Positions 39,001-54,000 of a stretch of 64,000 bases of DNA are shown piece by piece. Where the stretch lies: assembly GCA_951406725.2 (NCBI GenBank), contig OX597819.1, positions 84,134,001 through 84,198,000 on the forward strand, given 5' to 3'. Positions within the stretch are counted from its first letter, which is position 1, and every line of letters starts with the position of its first letter. The position numbers and the translations under genes are program-made. The notes under the pieces are model-generated. The model was not told the origin of the DNA. It did no database searches and saw nothing but the letters and a program-made list of their open reading frames with translations. The stretch comes from Octopus vulgaris (Eukaryota).

Positions 39001-42000
39001 ACACTACTGATATGCAAATCTTTTTTCCATCCTGTAGTAAAAACACTGCTTTCTGTAGAACTGACAGGTGAATGCCTTTCTAATTCATCGTTAGTAAACA
39101 CTTGTATCACTGCAGCGCTACCATGTAAATCAAGCTTTAGTTTCTCTGTAGTATGTACATATGTCTCTACGGTACTGTTATCTGAACAGAGCTTTGATGT
39201 TTCTGTAGAAAACACTTCTCTCTCTACAGTACAAACATGTGAATAATTTGTAGGGTGCTCTACCAAGAACACATCGGTTTCTATGCTGCTGACAGAATAA
39301 TTATCTGGTTTCTTTGTTAATAGCACTTCTCTCTCAACAGAACTAATCTGTGAATAGTTTTCTGATGTTTCTGTGGAAATTATATCTTTCACACTCATGC
39401 TGATTTGAGGATGTTTGTCTAGTCTTTTCGTGACAAATTCAAATATACCATATGTGATGTGTGAATAACTTTCCAGTGGTCTCTTTGTGGAAAACCTTTC
39501 ACTCTCAACAGTACTAATAAGCAGATACCATTCTTGACTTCCTGTAGACATTGTAAATGTAGACATAGCTGTTTTGTCATGTGAATAACTTTCTGATCTC
39601 TCTATGGATACTAGTTCATGTTCTACTGTAATGACAACTGGTTTCCCTGTAGAGAGTGCTTTATCATGTTCTGAAACAATACCTGGTCTCTTGGTAGATG
39701 GTATTTCAATATATATTGTATAGAGATCTAGTCTCTCAGCTGATGGTACTTCACTAAATGCAGAATGGCTATGTGAATACATTTCTGCTATTACTGTACA
39801 TAATGTTTCACTATCTAGTGTATGGACTTGTGAATAGGATCCTGGTTTTTCTGTAGATAATACTTCACTATGTATGGCACTTACATGTGAGTATGTTTCA
39901 AATTTTTTTGAAGCTAGAATTACTTCATTGAATTCAGTCCTGACATGTGAATATGTTTTTGGTATCTCTGATATTACTTCAGTGTGTTCAGTACTGATAT
40001 CTTCCCTATCTAATGATAGCTCTTCAGTTTGTGTAGTACTGAGATCTGGTCTGTCTATAAATAGTATTTTGCTGTGTAGAGTACTTGCATCTGGACTCTC
40101 TGTAAATAGCATATCAGTGTGTACAGTACTGATGTCTGGTAGCTCTGTAGATAGCACATCAGTATGTATTGCACTGTCATCTCTTATCTCTGTAGCTAGT
40201 ACTTCAATATGTTCACTACTGATTTTTGAAATCTCTGTAGATATCACTTCAATGTATATAATATTGTCATCCATTCTCTCTGTAGATGGTACTTCACTGT
40301 GTGCAATACTAACATCTGGCTTCTCCGTAGAAAGTACATCACTGTGTAGAATTGCATCATCTAGTATCTCTGTAGATAATATTGCTGCACTCCCTCTAGA
40401 TTGAACACCACTATCTATAGTACTGACTGCTCGTTTGTCTGTAGATAATAATTTGCTATATTTAGTACTGAGATCTGGTAGCTCTGTAGAAAACACTTCA
40501 CTGTCTACAGCAATAACATCTGGTCTCTCTGTGGATAATTCTTTGGTTTGTATGGTACTGAAATCTGGTCTTTTTGTAGACAAAATTTCACTATATACAG
40601 TAGTTAGATATGGTTTCTCAGTAGATATCACTTCTGTGTATTCAGTACTGACATGTGGGGTCTCTGTGGAGAGTACTCCAATCTCTAGTGTACTACTGTC
40701 ATCTGCTCTCTTTGTATACAGTACTTCACTATGTATAATAATAAGATCTGGTTTCTTTGTAGATATTTGTTCAATACGCGAATAGGTTTCTGATGTCACT
40801 GTATACAAAAATTCACTGTGTGGTGTTATGGTATGTGAATGGGATTCTGATCTTTGTGCAGATAGTATTTCCCTATATACAGTACTAACATCTGGTGTTT
40901 CTATAGATTGAATTTCACTTCTTACAGTACTAACATCTGGTGTCTCTATAAATTGTACTGCACTATGTACAGTACTAACAATTGGTGTTACTGGAGACAT
41001 TACTTCACTGTGTTCAGTACTAATATCTGATGTCTCTATAAATTTTATTTTACTATGTACAGTACTAGCATCTGGTCTCTTTGTAGATATCACATCTGGT
41101 CCATCTATAGAATATACTTCACTATGTATAGTACTGATAGCTGGTCTCTCTGTAGACTGTGCTTCACTATGTATAGTACTGACATCAGGTTCCTCTATAG
41201 AAAGTACTTCACTATGTACAGTACAGGCATCTGGTCCATCTGTAGAATGTACTTCACTATGTGCAGTACTAATATCAGATCCCTCTGTAAACTGTACTTT
41301 ACTATGTATAGTGCTGGTGTCTGGTCCATCTGTAGAATGTACTTCACTATGTATAGTACTGGCATCTGGGTCATCTGTATAATGTAATTTACTATGTACA
41401 GTATTGACATCAGGTCCCTCTGTAGAATGTACTTCACTATGTATAGTACTGTCATCAGGTCCATCTGTAGAATGTACTTCTCTATGTACAGGACTGACAT
41501 CTGGTCCCTCTGTAGAATGTACTTCACTATGTATAGTACTGACATCTGGTCCCTCTGTAAACTGTACTTCACTATGTATAGTACTATCATCAGGTCCATC
41601 TGTAGAATGTAGTTCACTATGTATAGTACTGACATCAGGTCCCACTGTAGAATGTACTTCACTATGTACAGTACTGACATCTGGTCCCTCTGTAAACTGT
41701 ACTTCACTATGTATAGTACTGACATCTGGTCCATCTGTAGAATGTACTTCACTATGTATAGTACTGACATCTGTTCCCTCTGCAAACTGTACTTCACTAT
41801 GTATAGTACTATCATCAGATCCATCTGTAGAATGTACTTCTCTATGTACAGGACTGACATCTGGTCCCTCTGTAAACTGTACTTCACTATGTATAGTACT
41901 GACATCTGGTCCCTCTGTAAACTGTACTTCACTATGAATAGTACCATCATCAGGTCCATCAGTAGAATGTAGTTCACTATGTATAGTACTGATATCTGGT

Positions 42001-45000
42001 CCCTCTGTAAACTGTACTTCACTATGTATAGTACTGACATCTGGTCCATCTGTAGAATGTACTTCTCTATGTACAGGACTGACATCTGGTCCCTCTGTAA
42101 ACTGTACTTCACTATGTATAGTACTGACATCTGGTCCATCTGCAGAATGTACTTCACTATGTACAGTACTGACATCTGGTCCCTCTGTAAACTGTACTTC
42201 ACTATGTATAGTACTGGCATCTGGTCTATCTGTAGAATGTACATCACTATCTATAGTACTGACATCAGATCCCTCTGTATACTGTATTTCACCATGTACA
42301 GCACTAACATCAGGGCCCTCTGTAGAATGTACTTCACTATGTATAGTACTGACATCTGGCCCCTCTGTAAACTGTTCTTCCCTACGTATAGTACTGGCAT
42401 CTAGTCCATCTATATAATGTATTTCACTGTGTACAATACTGATATCTGGTCTCTTTGCAGGATGTATTTCACTATGTTTAGTACTGACATCAGGTTCCTC
42501 TGTAGACTGTATTTCACTATATTCAGTACTTACATCTGATCCTCCTGTAGACTGTATTTCACTATGTATAGTACTGACATCTGGTTTATTTGTAGATACT
42601 ACTTTACTATGTTCAGTACTGACATGTAGTACCTCTGTAGATAATACTTCAATATGTAGAGTATGGTCATCTGGTAATGTTGAAGATAGTATTTCACGAT
42701 GCACAACACTGAAATCTGGTCTTTCTGTAGATAGTATTTCACTATGTATAGTACTCACATATGGTTCATCTGTAAATAGTACTGTACTATGTACAGTAGT
42801 TAGATATTGTTTTTCTATAGATAACACTTCACTATGTACAATGCTGATATGTGGTTTCTCTGTTGATACTAGATCAGTGCATTCAGTACAGGGATCTCGT
42901 TTCCCTGTAGATAACACTTTACCATGTACAGTACTAATGCTTAGTATCTCTATAGACTGTACTTCACCATGCATAGTACTGGCATCTGGTGATTCTGTAG
43001 ATATGCCTGTAGATAACGCTTCACTGAATATAGGACTTACATCTGTCATATAAGATAGTACTTCACTCTGTGCTGTACTGATATCTACTCTGTCTGTAGT
43101 CAGTACTTTAGCATCTACTGTACTGATATGTGATATTTTTGTAGTTAGTATTTTAGTGTCTGGTGTACTGAAAGCTGGTCTCCCTGTAATTACAACTCCA
43201 GTATCTGTTGTGCTGACACCCAATCTCTCTGCAGTCAATATTTTAGCATCTGGTGTACTGAGATCCGATGTCTTTGTAGTTAGTGCTTTAGTGTCCAGTG
43301 TAGAGACATCAGATGTCTGTACAGTTAATATTTTAGTATCAGGTATACTAATATCTGATGCCTTTGTAATTATTACCTTAGTGTCAGATGTACTGATATC
43401 TGGTCTTCTTGTAGTTAGAACTTTAGTATCTGGCATACTGATATCTGGTAATTCTGTAGTTTGTACTTCAGTGTCTGGTGTACCGATATCAGGCCTTTTT
43501 GTAGTTAGTACTTCAGTATCTAGTGTACTGAGATCTAGTGTATTTGTAGTTAGTAGTTTAGTGTCTGTAGTAAGTACTTCTGTGTCTGGTATACTGATAT
43601 CTGATGTTTTCATAGTTAGTACTTTAATGTCTGCTGTTCTGATATCTGGTATTTCTGTAGTTTGTACTTCAGTATCTAGTGTACTGACATCCGATGTTTT
43701 TGTAGTTAGTACTTTAGTGCCTGGTGAACTGATATCCACTGTCTCTGTAGTTTGTAATTCAGTGTCTGGTGTACTGATATCCAATGCCTTTATAGTTAGC
43801 TCTTCAGTGTCTGGCATACTGATATCTGGTATTTCTGTAGTTTGTATTTCAGTGTCTGCCATGCTGATATCTGATGTTTCCATAGTTAGTACTTTAATGA
43901 CTGCTGTTCTGATATCTGGTATTTCTGTAGTTTGTACTTCAGTATCTAGTGTACTGACATCCGATGTTTTTGTAGTCAGTACTTTAGTATCTGGTATACT
44001 GATATCTAGTATTTCTGTAGTTTGTACTTCAGTGTCTGGCGTACTGATATCCAATGCCTTTGTAGTTAGTACTTCAGTGCTTGGCATACTGATATCCAAT
44101 GCCTTTATAGTTAGTACTTCAGTGTGTGGCATACTAATATCTGGTATTTCTGTAGTTTGTACTTCAGTACCTAGTGTACTGATATCCGATGTTTTTGTAG
44201 TTAATACTTTAGTGTCTGGTGAACTGATATCCAATATCTCTGTAGTTGGTACTTCAGTGTCTAGCATACTGATATCCAATACCTCTGTAGTTAGCACTTC
44301 AGTGTCTGGCATACTGATATCTAGTATTTCTGTAGTTTGTACTTCAATGTCTGGCATACTAATATCTGGTATTTCTGTAGTTTGGATTTCAGTGTCTGGT
44401 GTACAGATATCTGGTATTTCTGTAGTTTGTACTTCAGTGTCTGACATACTTATGTCCAATGCCTCTGTAGTTAGTATTTTAGTATCTGGTGTGCTGACAA
44501 CTGGCCTCTCTGTAGTTAGTCCTTCTGTATATTGTGTACTTTCATCTGATTTCCCTGTACTTAGTATTTTAGCGTCTGATGTACTGATATCTTGTCTCTC
44601 TGTAGTTAATACTTCAGTGTCTGCCATGCTAATATCTGATGTCTCAGTAGTTAGTACTTTAATGTCTACTGTTCTGATATCTAGTATTTCTGTAGTTTGT
44701 ACTTCAGTACCTAGTGTACTGACATCCGATGTTTTTGTAGTTAGTACTTTAGTGTCAGGTGAACTAATATCCAATATCTCTGTAGTTTGTACTTCAATGC
44801 CTGGTGTACTGATATCCAATGTCTCTGTAGTTGGTACTTCAGTGTCTGGCATACTGATATCCAATGCCTCTGTAGTTAGCACTTCAGTGCTTGGCATACT
44901 GATATCCAATGCCTCTATAGTTAGTACTTCAGTGTCTGGCATACTGATCTCTGGTATTTCTGTAGTTAGTACTTCAGTGTCTGGTATACTAATATCTGGT

Positions 45001-48000
45001 ATTTCTGTAGTTTGTACTTCAGTGTCTGGTGTACTGATGTTGAATGCCTCTGTAGTTAGTATTTTAGTGTCTGGTGTACTGACAATTGGCCTCTCTGTAG
45101 TTAGTCCTTCAGTATATTGTGTACTTTCATCTGATTTCACTGTACTTAGTATTTTAGTGTCTGATGTACTGATATCTTGTCTCTCTGTAGTTAGTACTTC
45201 AGTGTCTGCCATGCTAATATCTGATGTCTCCATAGTTAGTACTTTAATGTCTGCTGTTCTGATATCTGGTATTTCTGTAGTTTGTACTTCAGTATCTTGT
45301 GTACTGGCATCCGATGTTTTTGTAGCTAGTACTTTAGTATCAGGTGAACTGATATCCAATATCTCTGTAGTTTGTACTTCAATGTCTGGTGTACTGATAT
45401 CCAATGTCTCTGTAGTTGGTACTTCAGTGTCTGGCATACTGATATCCAATGCCTCTGTAGTTAGTACTTCAGTGTGTGGCATACTGATATATGGTATTTC
45501 TGTAGTTAGTACTTCAGTGTCTGGTATACTGAAATCTAGTATTTCTGTAGTTTGTACTTCAGTGTCTGGCGTACTGATATCCAATGCTTCTGTAGTTAGT
45601 ATTTCAGTGCTTGGCATACTGATATCCAATGCTTTTATAGTTAATACTTCAGTGTCTGGCATACTGATATCTGGTATTTCTGTAGTTTGTACTTCAGTAT
45701 CTAGTGTACTGATATCCGATGATCTTGTAGTTAGTACTTTAGTGTCTGGTGAACTGATATCCAATATCTCTGTAGTTTGAACTTCAGTGTTTAACATACT
45801 AATATCCAATGCCTCTGTAGTTAGTACTTCAGTGTCTGGCATACTGATATCTAGTATTTCTGTAGTTTGTACTTCAATGTCTGGCATACTAATATCTGAT
45901 ATTTCTGTAGTTTGTAATTTAGTATCTAGTGTACTGATATCTGAGGTTTTTGTAGTTTGCACTTTAGTGTCAGGTGAACTAATATCCAATATCTCTGTAG
46001 TTTGTACTTCAATGTCTGGTGTACTGATATCCAATGTCTCTGTAGTTGATACTTCAGTGTCTGGCATACTGATATCCAATGCTTCTGTAGTTAGTACTTC
46101 AGTGTGTGGCCTACTGACATCTGGTATTTCTGTAGTTAGTACTTCAGTGTCTGGAATACTGATATCTAGTATTTCTGTAGTTTGTACTTCAGTGTCTGGC
46201 GTACTGATATCCAATGCCTCTGTAGATAGTATTTCAATGCTTGGCGTACTGATATCCAATGCCTTTATAGTTAGTACTTCAGTGTCTGGCATACTGATAT
46301 CTGGTATTTCTGTAGTTTGTACTTCAGTATCTAGTGTACTGATATCCGATGTTTTTGTAGTTAGTACTTTAGTGTCAGGTGAACTGATATCCAATATCTC
46401 TGTAGTTTGAACTTCAGTGTCTAGCATACTGATATCTAGTATTTCTGTAGTTTGTACTTCAATGTCTGGCATACTAATATCTGGTATTTCTGTAGTTTGT
46501 ACTTCAGTATCTAGTGTACTGATATCCGATGATCTTGTAGTTAGTACTTTAGTGTCTGGTGAACTGATATCCAATATCTCTGTAGTTTGAACTTCAGTGT
46601 CTAACATACTAATATCCAATGCCTCTGTAGTTAGTACTTCAGTGTCTGGCATACTGATATCTAGTATTTCTGTAGTTTGTACTTCAATGCCTGGCATATT
46701 AATATCTGGTATTTCTGTAGTTTGTAATTTAGTATCTAGTGTACTGATATCTGAGGTTTTTGTAGTTTGCACTTTAGTATCAAGTGAACTAATATCCAAT
46801 ATCTCTGTAGTTTGTACTTCAATGTCTGGTGTACTGATATCCAATGTCTCTGTAGTTGGTACTTCAGTGTCTGGCATACTGATATCCAATGCTTCTGTAG
46901 TTAGTACTTCAGTGTGTGGCCTACTGACATCTGGTATTTCTGTAGTTAGTACTTCAGTGTCTGGAATACTGATATCTAGTATTTCTGTAGTTTGTACTTC
47001 AGTGTCTGGCGTACTGATATCCAATGCCTCTGTAGATAGTATTTCAATGCTTGGCATACTGATATCCAATGCCTTTATAGTTAGTACTTCAGTGTCTGGC
47101 ATACTGATATCTGGTATTTCTGTAGTTTGTACTTCAGTATCTAGTGTACTGATATCCGATGTTTTTGTAGTTAGTACTTTAGTGTCAGGTGAACTGATAT
47201 CCAATATCTCTGTAGTTTGAACTTCAGTGTCTAGCATACTGATATCTAGTATTTCTGTAGTTTGTACTTCAATGTCTGGCATACTAATATCTGGAATTTC
47301 TGTAGTTTGGACTTCAGTATCTAGAGTACTTATATCTGATGTTTTTGTAATTAGTACTTTAGTGTCTGGTGAACTGATATCCAATATCTCTGTAGTTTGT
47401 ACTTCAGTGTCTAGCATACTGATATCTGGTATTTCTGTAGTTTGTACTTCAATGTCTGGCATACTAATATCTGGTATTTCTGTAGTTTGTACTTCAGTGT
47501 CTAGCATACTGATGTCCAATGCCTCTGTAGTTAGTATTTTTGTATCTGGTGTACTGACAACTGACCTCTCTGTAGTTAGTCCTTCAGTATATTGAATACT
47601 TTCATCTGATTTCACTGTACTTAGTATTTTAGCATCTGATGTACTGATATGTTGTCTCTCTGTAGTTAGTACTTCAGTGTCTGCCATGCTGATATCTGAT
47701 GTCTCCATAGTTAGTACTTTAATGTCTGGTGTACTGACAACTGGTCTCTCTGTAGTTAGTACTTCAGTATCTTGTGTACTGATATCTGGTTTCTCTGTAA
47801 TTAATATTTTAGTGTCTGGTGTACTGGTACCTTGTCTCTCAATAGTTAGTACTTCAGTGTCTGATATAATAACATCTATTCTCTCAGTACTTAGTACTTT
47901 AATATCTGGTCTCTCTGTAGTTAGTACTTCAGTGTATGTTGTACTGAAATCTTGTCTTTCTGTAGTTAGTATTTTTGTGCCTGGTGTACTGATATCTGGT

Positions 48001-51000
48001 GTCTCTGTAGTTAGTATTTTTGTGCTTGGTGTACTGAGATGTGAAAATGTTTGTAGTGTCTCTGTTGTCAGTATTTCAATGTGTGCAGTACTATGATCTG
48101 ATCTCACTGTAGATAATATATCAATATGTACAGCACTGACGTCTTCTTCCACAGTGAAGGGTATTGTATTAAATATAGTACTGACATATGAATACATATT
48201 TGATATTTCTGTAGATAGTACATCACTGCTTGCAGTTGAGGCATCTAGTGCCACAGTAGACATCACTTCACAACATTTAGTACTAACATCTGTTTTCTCT
48301 GTTGATAGTACATCTGTACATATAGTGATCATGTATGGCTTCTCTGTAGATAATGGTCCGCTGTGTATAGAACTGATAAGTGAAAATATTTCGTACATAA
48401 CTGTAGTCAGTTCTCTACCATATATAATACTGACATTTGGATGCATTTTTGGTGTCATACTTGTTAATATTCCTCTGTATGTTGTTCTGATGTGTGAATA
48501 GTTTCCTGGTTTATCTTTAAACAGTACTCCAGTATGTAAAGAACTAATATATGACGGTCTCTCTGGTACCTTTGAAGATTGTATTTCTGTATGTGCAGTA
48601 ATGATATCTACACTACCTGTTGATAGCACTTCATTATATGATGTACTGACATGAGGATGTATTTTCGGTATCTCTATAGACATTATATCAGTGTGTAGAG
48701 TACTTTCATCTTGTCTATCTGTTGTGGAGACATCACTGTATACAAAACTAACATCTGATCTACCTACAGATAGAACTTCACTTTGTACAATACTAACATG
48801 TGAATATGTTTCTGGCATCTCTGTAGATTGTACCTCAACTAGTACAGTACTAACATCTGATTTCTTTTTAGATATTTCTTTACTATATATAGCACTGACC
48901 AGTGAATATATTTTTGGCATAATTGTTGATATAACTCCACTGTAAACAATACTGACATCTGGTTTCTCTGTGGATAGTACTTCAATTTCTAATGTAGCAA
49001 AAGCAGGTCTTTTTGTAGATAGTACATCACTGTGCACTTTTCTGATATCTATTTCATCTGTAGATAATACTTTACTATGCACAATACTGACATTTGGTCC
49101 TGGTCCCTTGGTAGTTGATACTACAGTATGTATACTACTGATATCAAGCTTCTCTGGTGATAGTATTTTACTATGTATAGCACTGACATCTACTTTCTCT
49201 GTAGATAATACTTCACCAAGTACAGTGCTAATATTTTGTGTCTCTGTAGATAATATTTCACTATCTACTGCTCTGACATCTGAAATGTCAAGATATAGTA
49301 CCTCACTGTATATAGTACTGACATCTGGTTTTACTGTATACAGTTCTTCCCTGCATATTGTACTGGTACCTAGTTTGTCTGTAATTAGTATTTCACTGTA
49401 TGAATAGGATTCCTTTCTTTCTGTAGAATATACTTCACTGACATATGAATATATCTCTGGTTTCTTTACATCCTGTTTTTCCTTCGCATCTAATCTTATG
49501 CCAGTAAAGAATGGTGCCTTTGTAGGTATATCACTAAAATATAAACTAGTAATGGTGTATAATTTTTGCCTAGTATGAAATTGATCTGTAGTATTTGTTA
49601 ATGCATAAACAAGTAATACTTCTGTATCAACATCATAGCTTGTTGTTATATGCTTTTCAGTATAGGAATAATATACATATGATTTTGTCATTTTATCATA
49701 ATATGAAATATCTGTGTCTGATATTACATCTTTTGTGCTATCAACAAAGTGTGATTTGCCAGCTGTTGTTGTTGGAGAATATTTCAAAGATTTTCCATCC
49801 ATAAAATCTGAAGGCTTTTTAGGAAAGTACCTCATAATTATTTCTTTAATCATACTGGTATGATCTGACTGATTTGGGGGAACATAGGTAGAAAATATAT
49901 CTGTTATTATAGTTGTAAGATATGTGCAGTTTATTGGAACATTTGTTGAAAATATCTCCTTCATTATGGTTGTAAAAATCAACATGCTTTCAGTAATGTT
50001 AACAACAGGTAAACTCATACTAGTTGATTCATTTATTGAAGCATAATGTGTTACTATTTCTGTTGTTATGTTAGAAGGATCTAGCAAAGTTTCTGTTGTT
50101 ATCATATCAATATGTGAATAGTTTTTAGCAATATAATCAAATGGTAGCTCTCTTGTTCCCCTGTTAAGTAAATCAGTTGTAGAATAATTAAAGTATGTAC
50201 TCATTTTAGTAACTGTATAGTATGAACCAGAAAATGTGTCTGTTGTTATTTTGCTACTATATAAAAAGTACTTCAGTTTGGAGAGTGGGTGTACACTCAT
50301 AGTTTTCTGAGTGATGTAAGAGTATTTCAGTGGAATGGCAGTGAGATTTTTTTGTATCATGGTAGTGAAATTTAAAGTTCCTGCTTCAATGCAACAAGGA
50401 TCTTTCCTTGATATTTTATCACACTGAATTCTTATGGTTTCATTATGTAATTCATCTTTCATTCTATCACAGAAATGGGAATGAAATTCTGTGGAACTGT
50501 CAAGATATATTTTTCTTGCTGTGCTTGTAACATGTGATAAAATATAACTAATATTTTTAAATGAATCCTTTGAATGTGAGACATAATCTGGTATAGATGT
50601 TATAGTTACTATATCTCTAGATATGGGTTGGTATGTTATAAATGTAACAGTTACAATGTCATCATATAAAACATAATCTGGTATAGATGCAACAATTACT
50701 GCATCTCCAGATATTGCATGGTCTGATGTAGTATTAGTTACTATATCTCTAGATATGCCATGATCAGGTATAGATATGACAGTCACTATGTCTCCAGATG
50801 TAACATAATCTGGTATAAATGTAATATGTACCGTTTTTCTGGATGCAACATGTTCTGGTTTAGATGTAACAGTTACTGTATCTCTAAATATCATATAGTC
50901 ATGTAATGAGGATGTAACACTCACTGAATCTGCAGGTGTGTGAAAATCTGGTACAGAAGTAACAGTGACTGTTATATCTAGTATAGATATAACAGTTATA

Positions 51001-54000
51001 GTATCAGCAAATTTGGCATGGTCTGGAATAGACTTCATAGTTAATGTATCTCCAGAGGAAACATGATCTGGTATAGTAGTAGTAGTTACTGTACCTCCAG
51101 ATGTGATATGGTCTAGTATAGAAGAAAGAGTTATTGACTCTCCAGATGTGACATGATCTGGTACAGACTTAACAGGTGAAATATCTTTAGATATGACATA
51201 GTCTGGTATAGAAGCAACACTTATTGTATCTCCAGATATGATGTGGTCTGTTATAGAAGTCATTACAACTGTATAACCAGATATGACATGATCTGGTATA
51301 GAAGTAACAGTTACAGTATCAGCAAATGTGACATGGTCTGGTATAAACTTAATAGTTAATCTACCTCCAGATATAATATGATCTGGTAGAGATGTAACAG
51401 CTAATATATCTCCAGATGTGATATGATCTAACATAGATGTAAGAATTATTATATCAGTAGACATTACATGGTCAGATATGGTAGTAACAGTTACTGTATC
51501 TTTTGACATGACAATTTTATGATCAGTATATTGTTCTTCTTTTGAAGATTTTATTGCTTTCAAAGATGAATAATCTGTAAGTATATACCCTGAAGTTAAT
51601 TTTGTTGTGCTTGAATCAACATGATCATAAGACAGACCAAATTGTCTCATTAGAGTATAGTCAGAAAACTTGATTGTTGGTGTGCTGCTAACATATGAAA
51701 AATTTGTACTTGGATATATAAATTGATCTCTCATTGAAGCAATATAATATACATGGAATATAGATGTGTAGTCATATGTTGAATATATACTTGTTGTTGT
51801 GGTGATATCAGTGAAATCTGAATATTCTGTTTGGAGATCACAGAAAATTTCTCCTGTGACATCTTTCTTAGGTTCATGGCAGAGTGAATAAGTTTGAGGA
51901 ATGCAATCAAATAATCCCTGTTTTCCAATACATTTAATATGTAGATAATGTGATGAGGTTGGTTTGCTAGAGAATTGCATCAGTGCAGTAAGATTAGGAT
52001 TAGTAATCAGAATATATGAAGATGTTTCTGTTAATAAACTGCTGTAATGATAATAATCTACAGATGTAGATAAATCAGTTGTGTGATTGGACCTTGTATA
52101 CAAATAATCTAATTCCAACTTTGACACTCCAGTCTGATTAAATGACATAGTTGATGACACATACACAGGAGAATATTCTATGGTATGATTAAAATAGGAA
52201 TAATCTGTTGTTACATAAATATCCAATCCACTTGAATCATTAAGAAGAGCAAAACTTGCATTTATGTGATAAGATATAATATAATCATCTGTTGTTGAAA
52301 TTAAGAAAGTTTCATTAACAACTGTTGAAATATTTCCAGTTGTTTTATTGAGACCTTCTCTAATATGTCCACTCTTGATATCAAAACCTGTTTGGGAAAG
52401 AAGTTTGGTTCTAGTTGGAATATCTGTAGTAGTAATAATATAAGGCACATATGATGTTTCCTGGTCATAAACAATTCCTGTTGAATTGCTTTTGAGAATT
52501 CTTTCATATTTATAGACACTAGCTAAAAGATATATTTTTGTGGATATAACTAAAGGCGAAGATCTATTTTCAAAAGAGAATTCTGACAGAGATCTGTTTA
52601 AAGAAATCCATTTTGACACACTCTCCATGGTGGTGATTTGTCCTTCATGAGTGCTAGTTGATAAATATGGAGTTTCCATAGAAATATTAGCTATGTCTTT
52701 ATGTTTCAAAGGTAAAAAAGTTGCTTCTTTTGTTATTACAATACTATGCCTAGATGTCATAGGATCTTGTAATGAAGTACCATTTGCTGTAGATTTGAAT
52801 GGTATAGAACTAAAACTGGCACTGTCTTCAGATGTCATGTTTTCTGGTACAGAAGTAATAGTTATGATTTCTCCAGATATTACACTTGAAGAATCTGTTG
52901 ATGTTTCAAGACCTGGTGTAACAATAACCGATGATGTGGTAAGGGATCTTATATGTTCTGGTATATGACTAACAACTATTTTATCTTCAGACGCTACATG
53001 ATCTGATTTAGGAAAAACAATTGTAATTCCAGATGTTACATTTTTTGCCATAGATGTAACATTCACTGTATCTACATATGCTGTATATCTTGGTATAGAA
53101 GTGATATTAACCATGTACTTAGTTTCTGTAACTGTCTCTTCAGATATTACATGTTCTGGTATAGAAGCAACTTCTGATTTTATGTGTTTTGATATATATG
53201 TAACATTTTCTTTATCTTCAAGTGATGTAAAAGTAAGAGTAAAATTAAGTTCTTTTGTAAGAGGGGATCTAATGCTAGTAATTATATTTTCTTGTACAGA
53301 AGTAACATTTATTAAATCTTCAGGTGTTGCATGCTCCTTCTGTGTTGAAATATCAGTTGTTGTTTGGGCAGACATTTCTTGTTCTTGCAAAGATGATGTA
53401 ACAACAAGTCTATCTTTAGTTGTTAGTTCATCCTGAACAGAAGTAACAATTTCTGTAATTTCAGGGGCCAGAATTGTTTGTATAGATGTTGTGATGATAA
53501 ACTTCTGAAATTTTACATATACTGTGTCAGTGCGGTCTAATGTTACTTCTATTTGTTTAATACTGCTTAAGTCATCAATGGAATGACTATCTTTTGCTAT
53601 TGTTGTAAATATATCCGTAAAGGAAGTTGAATATGTATAATCAGGGAATAATAATTTTGTACCTTTATCTGTTATATTATCACTCAGGATCGATGACATT
53701 GTCACTAAATTAACAGGTAGTGACAATGGTGGAGAGTCATCTGCAGATGATAATGTTTCTTTACTTACATGAAGTATACTTGTAGTGATCCCTAAAATAG
53801 ATGTTTCTAGCTTTTCTTTGTGTAATTTACTTAGAAAAACAGGGATAAGTGATTCCAGTGACTTTGTTGTGTTATCTATAACTCCTGGAATATATTTAAT
53901 ATATGTTAATAAATTTGTTGATGATAATTCCAGCATACTTTCACTTGTTAAAAGTGAAGCATATGTACTTGTTCTGTTAATTATTTGAGAACCAGTTATA

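Noticed and set aside
17860-48040. Regularly spaced repeats resembling CRISPR arrays
   Set aside because: The units are contiguous with no unique spacers, are multiples of 3 inside one ORF, and lie in eukaryotic DNA with no cas genes.
36079-49407. Plus-strand ORFs up to 874 aa (Ser/Val/Ile-rich) and the 350-aa alternate minus frame
   Set aside because: Antisense or off-frame reading of the 45-bp repeats, with no independent gene signals.
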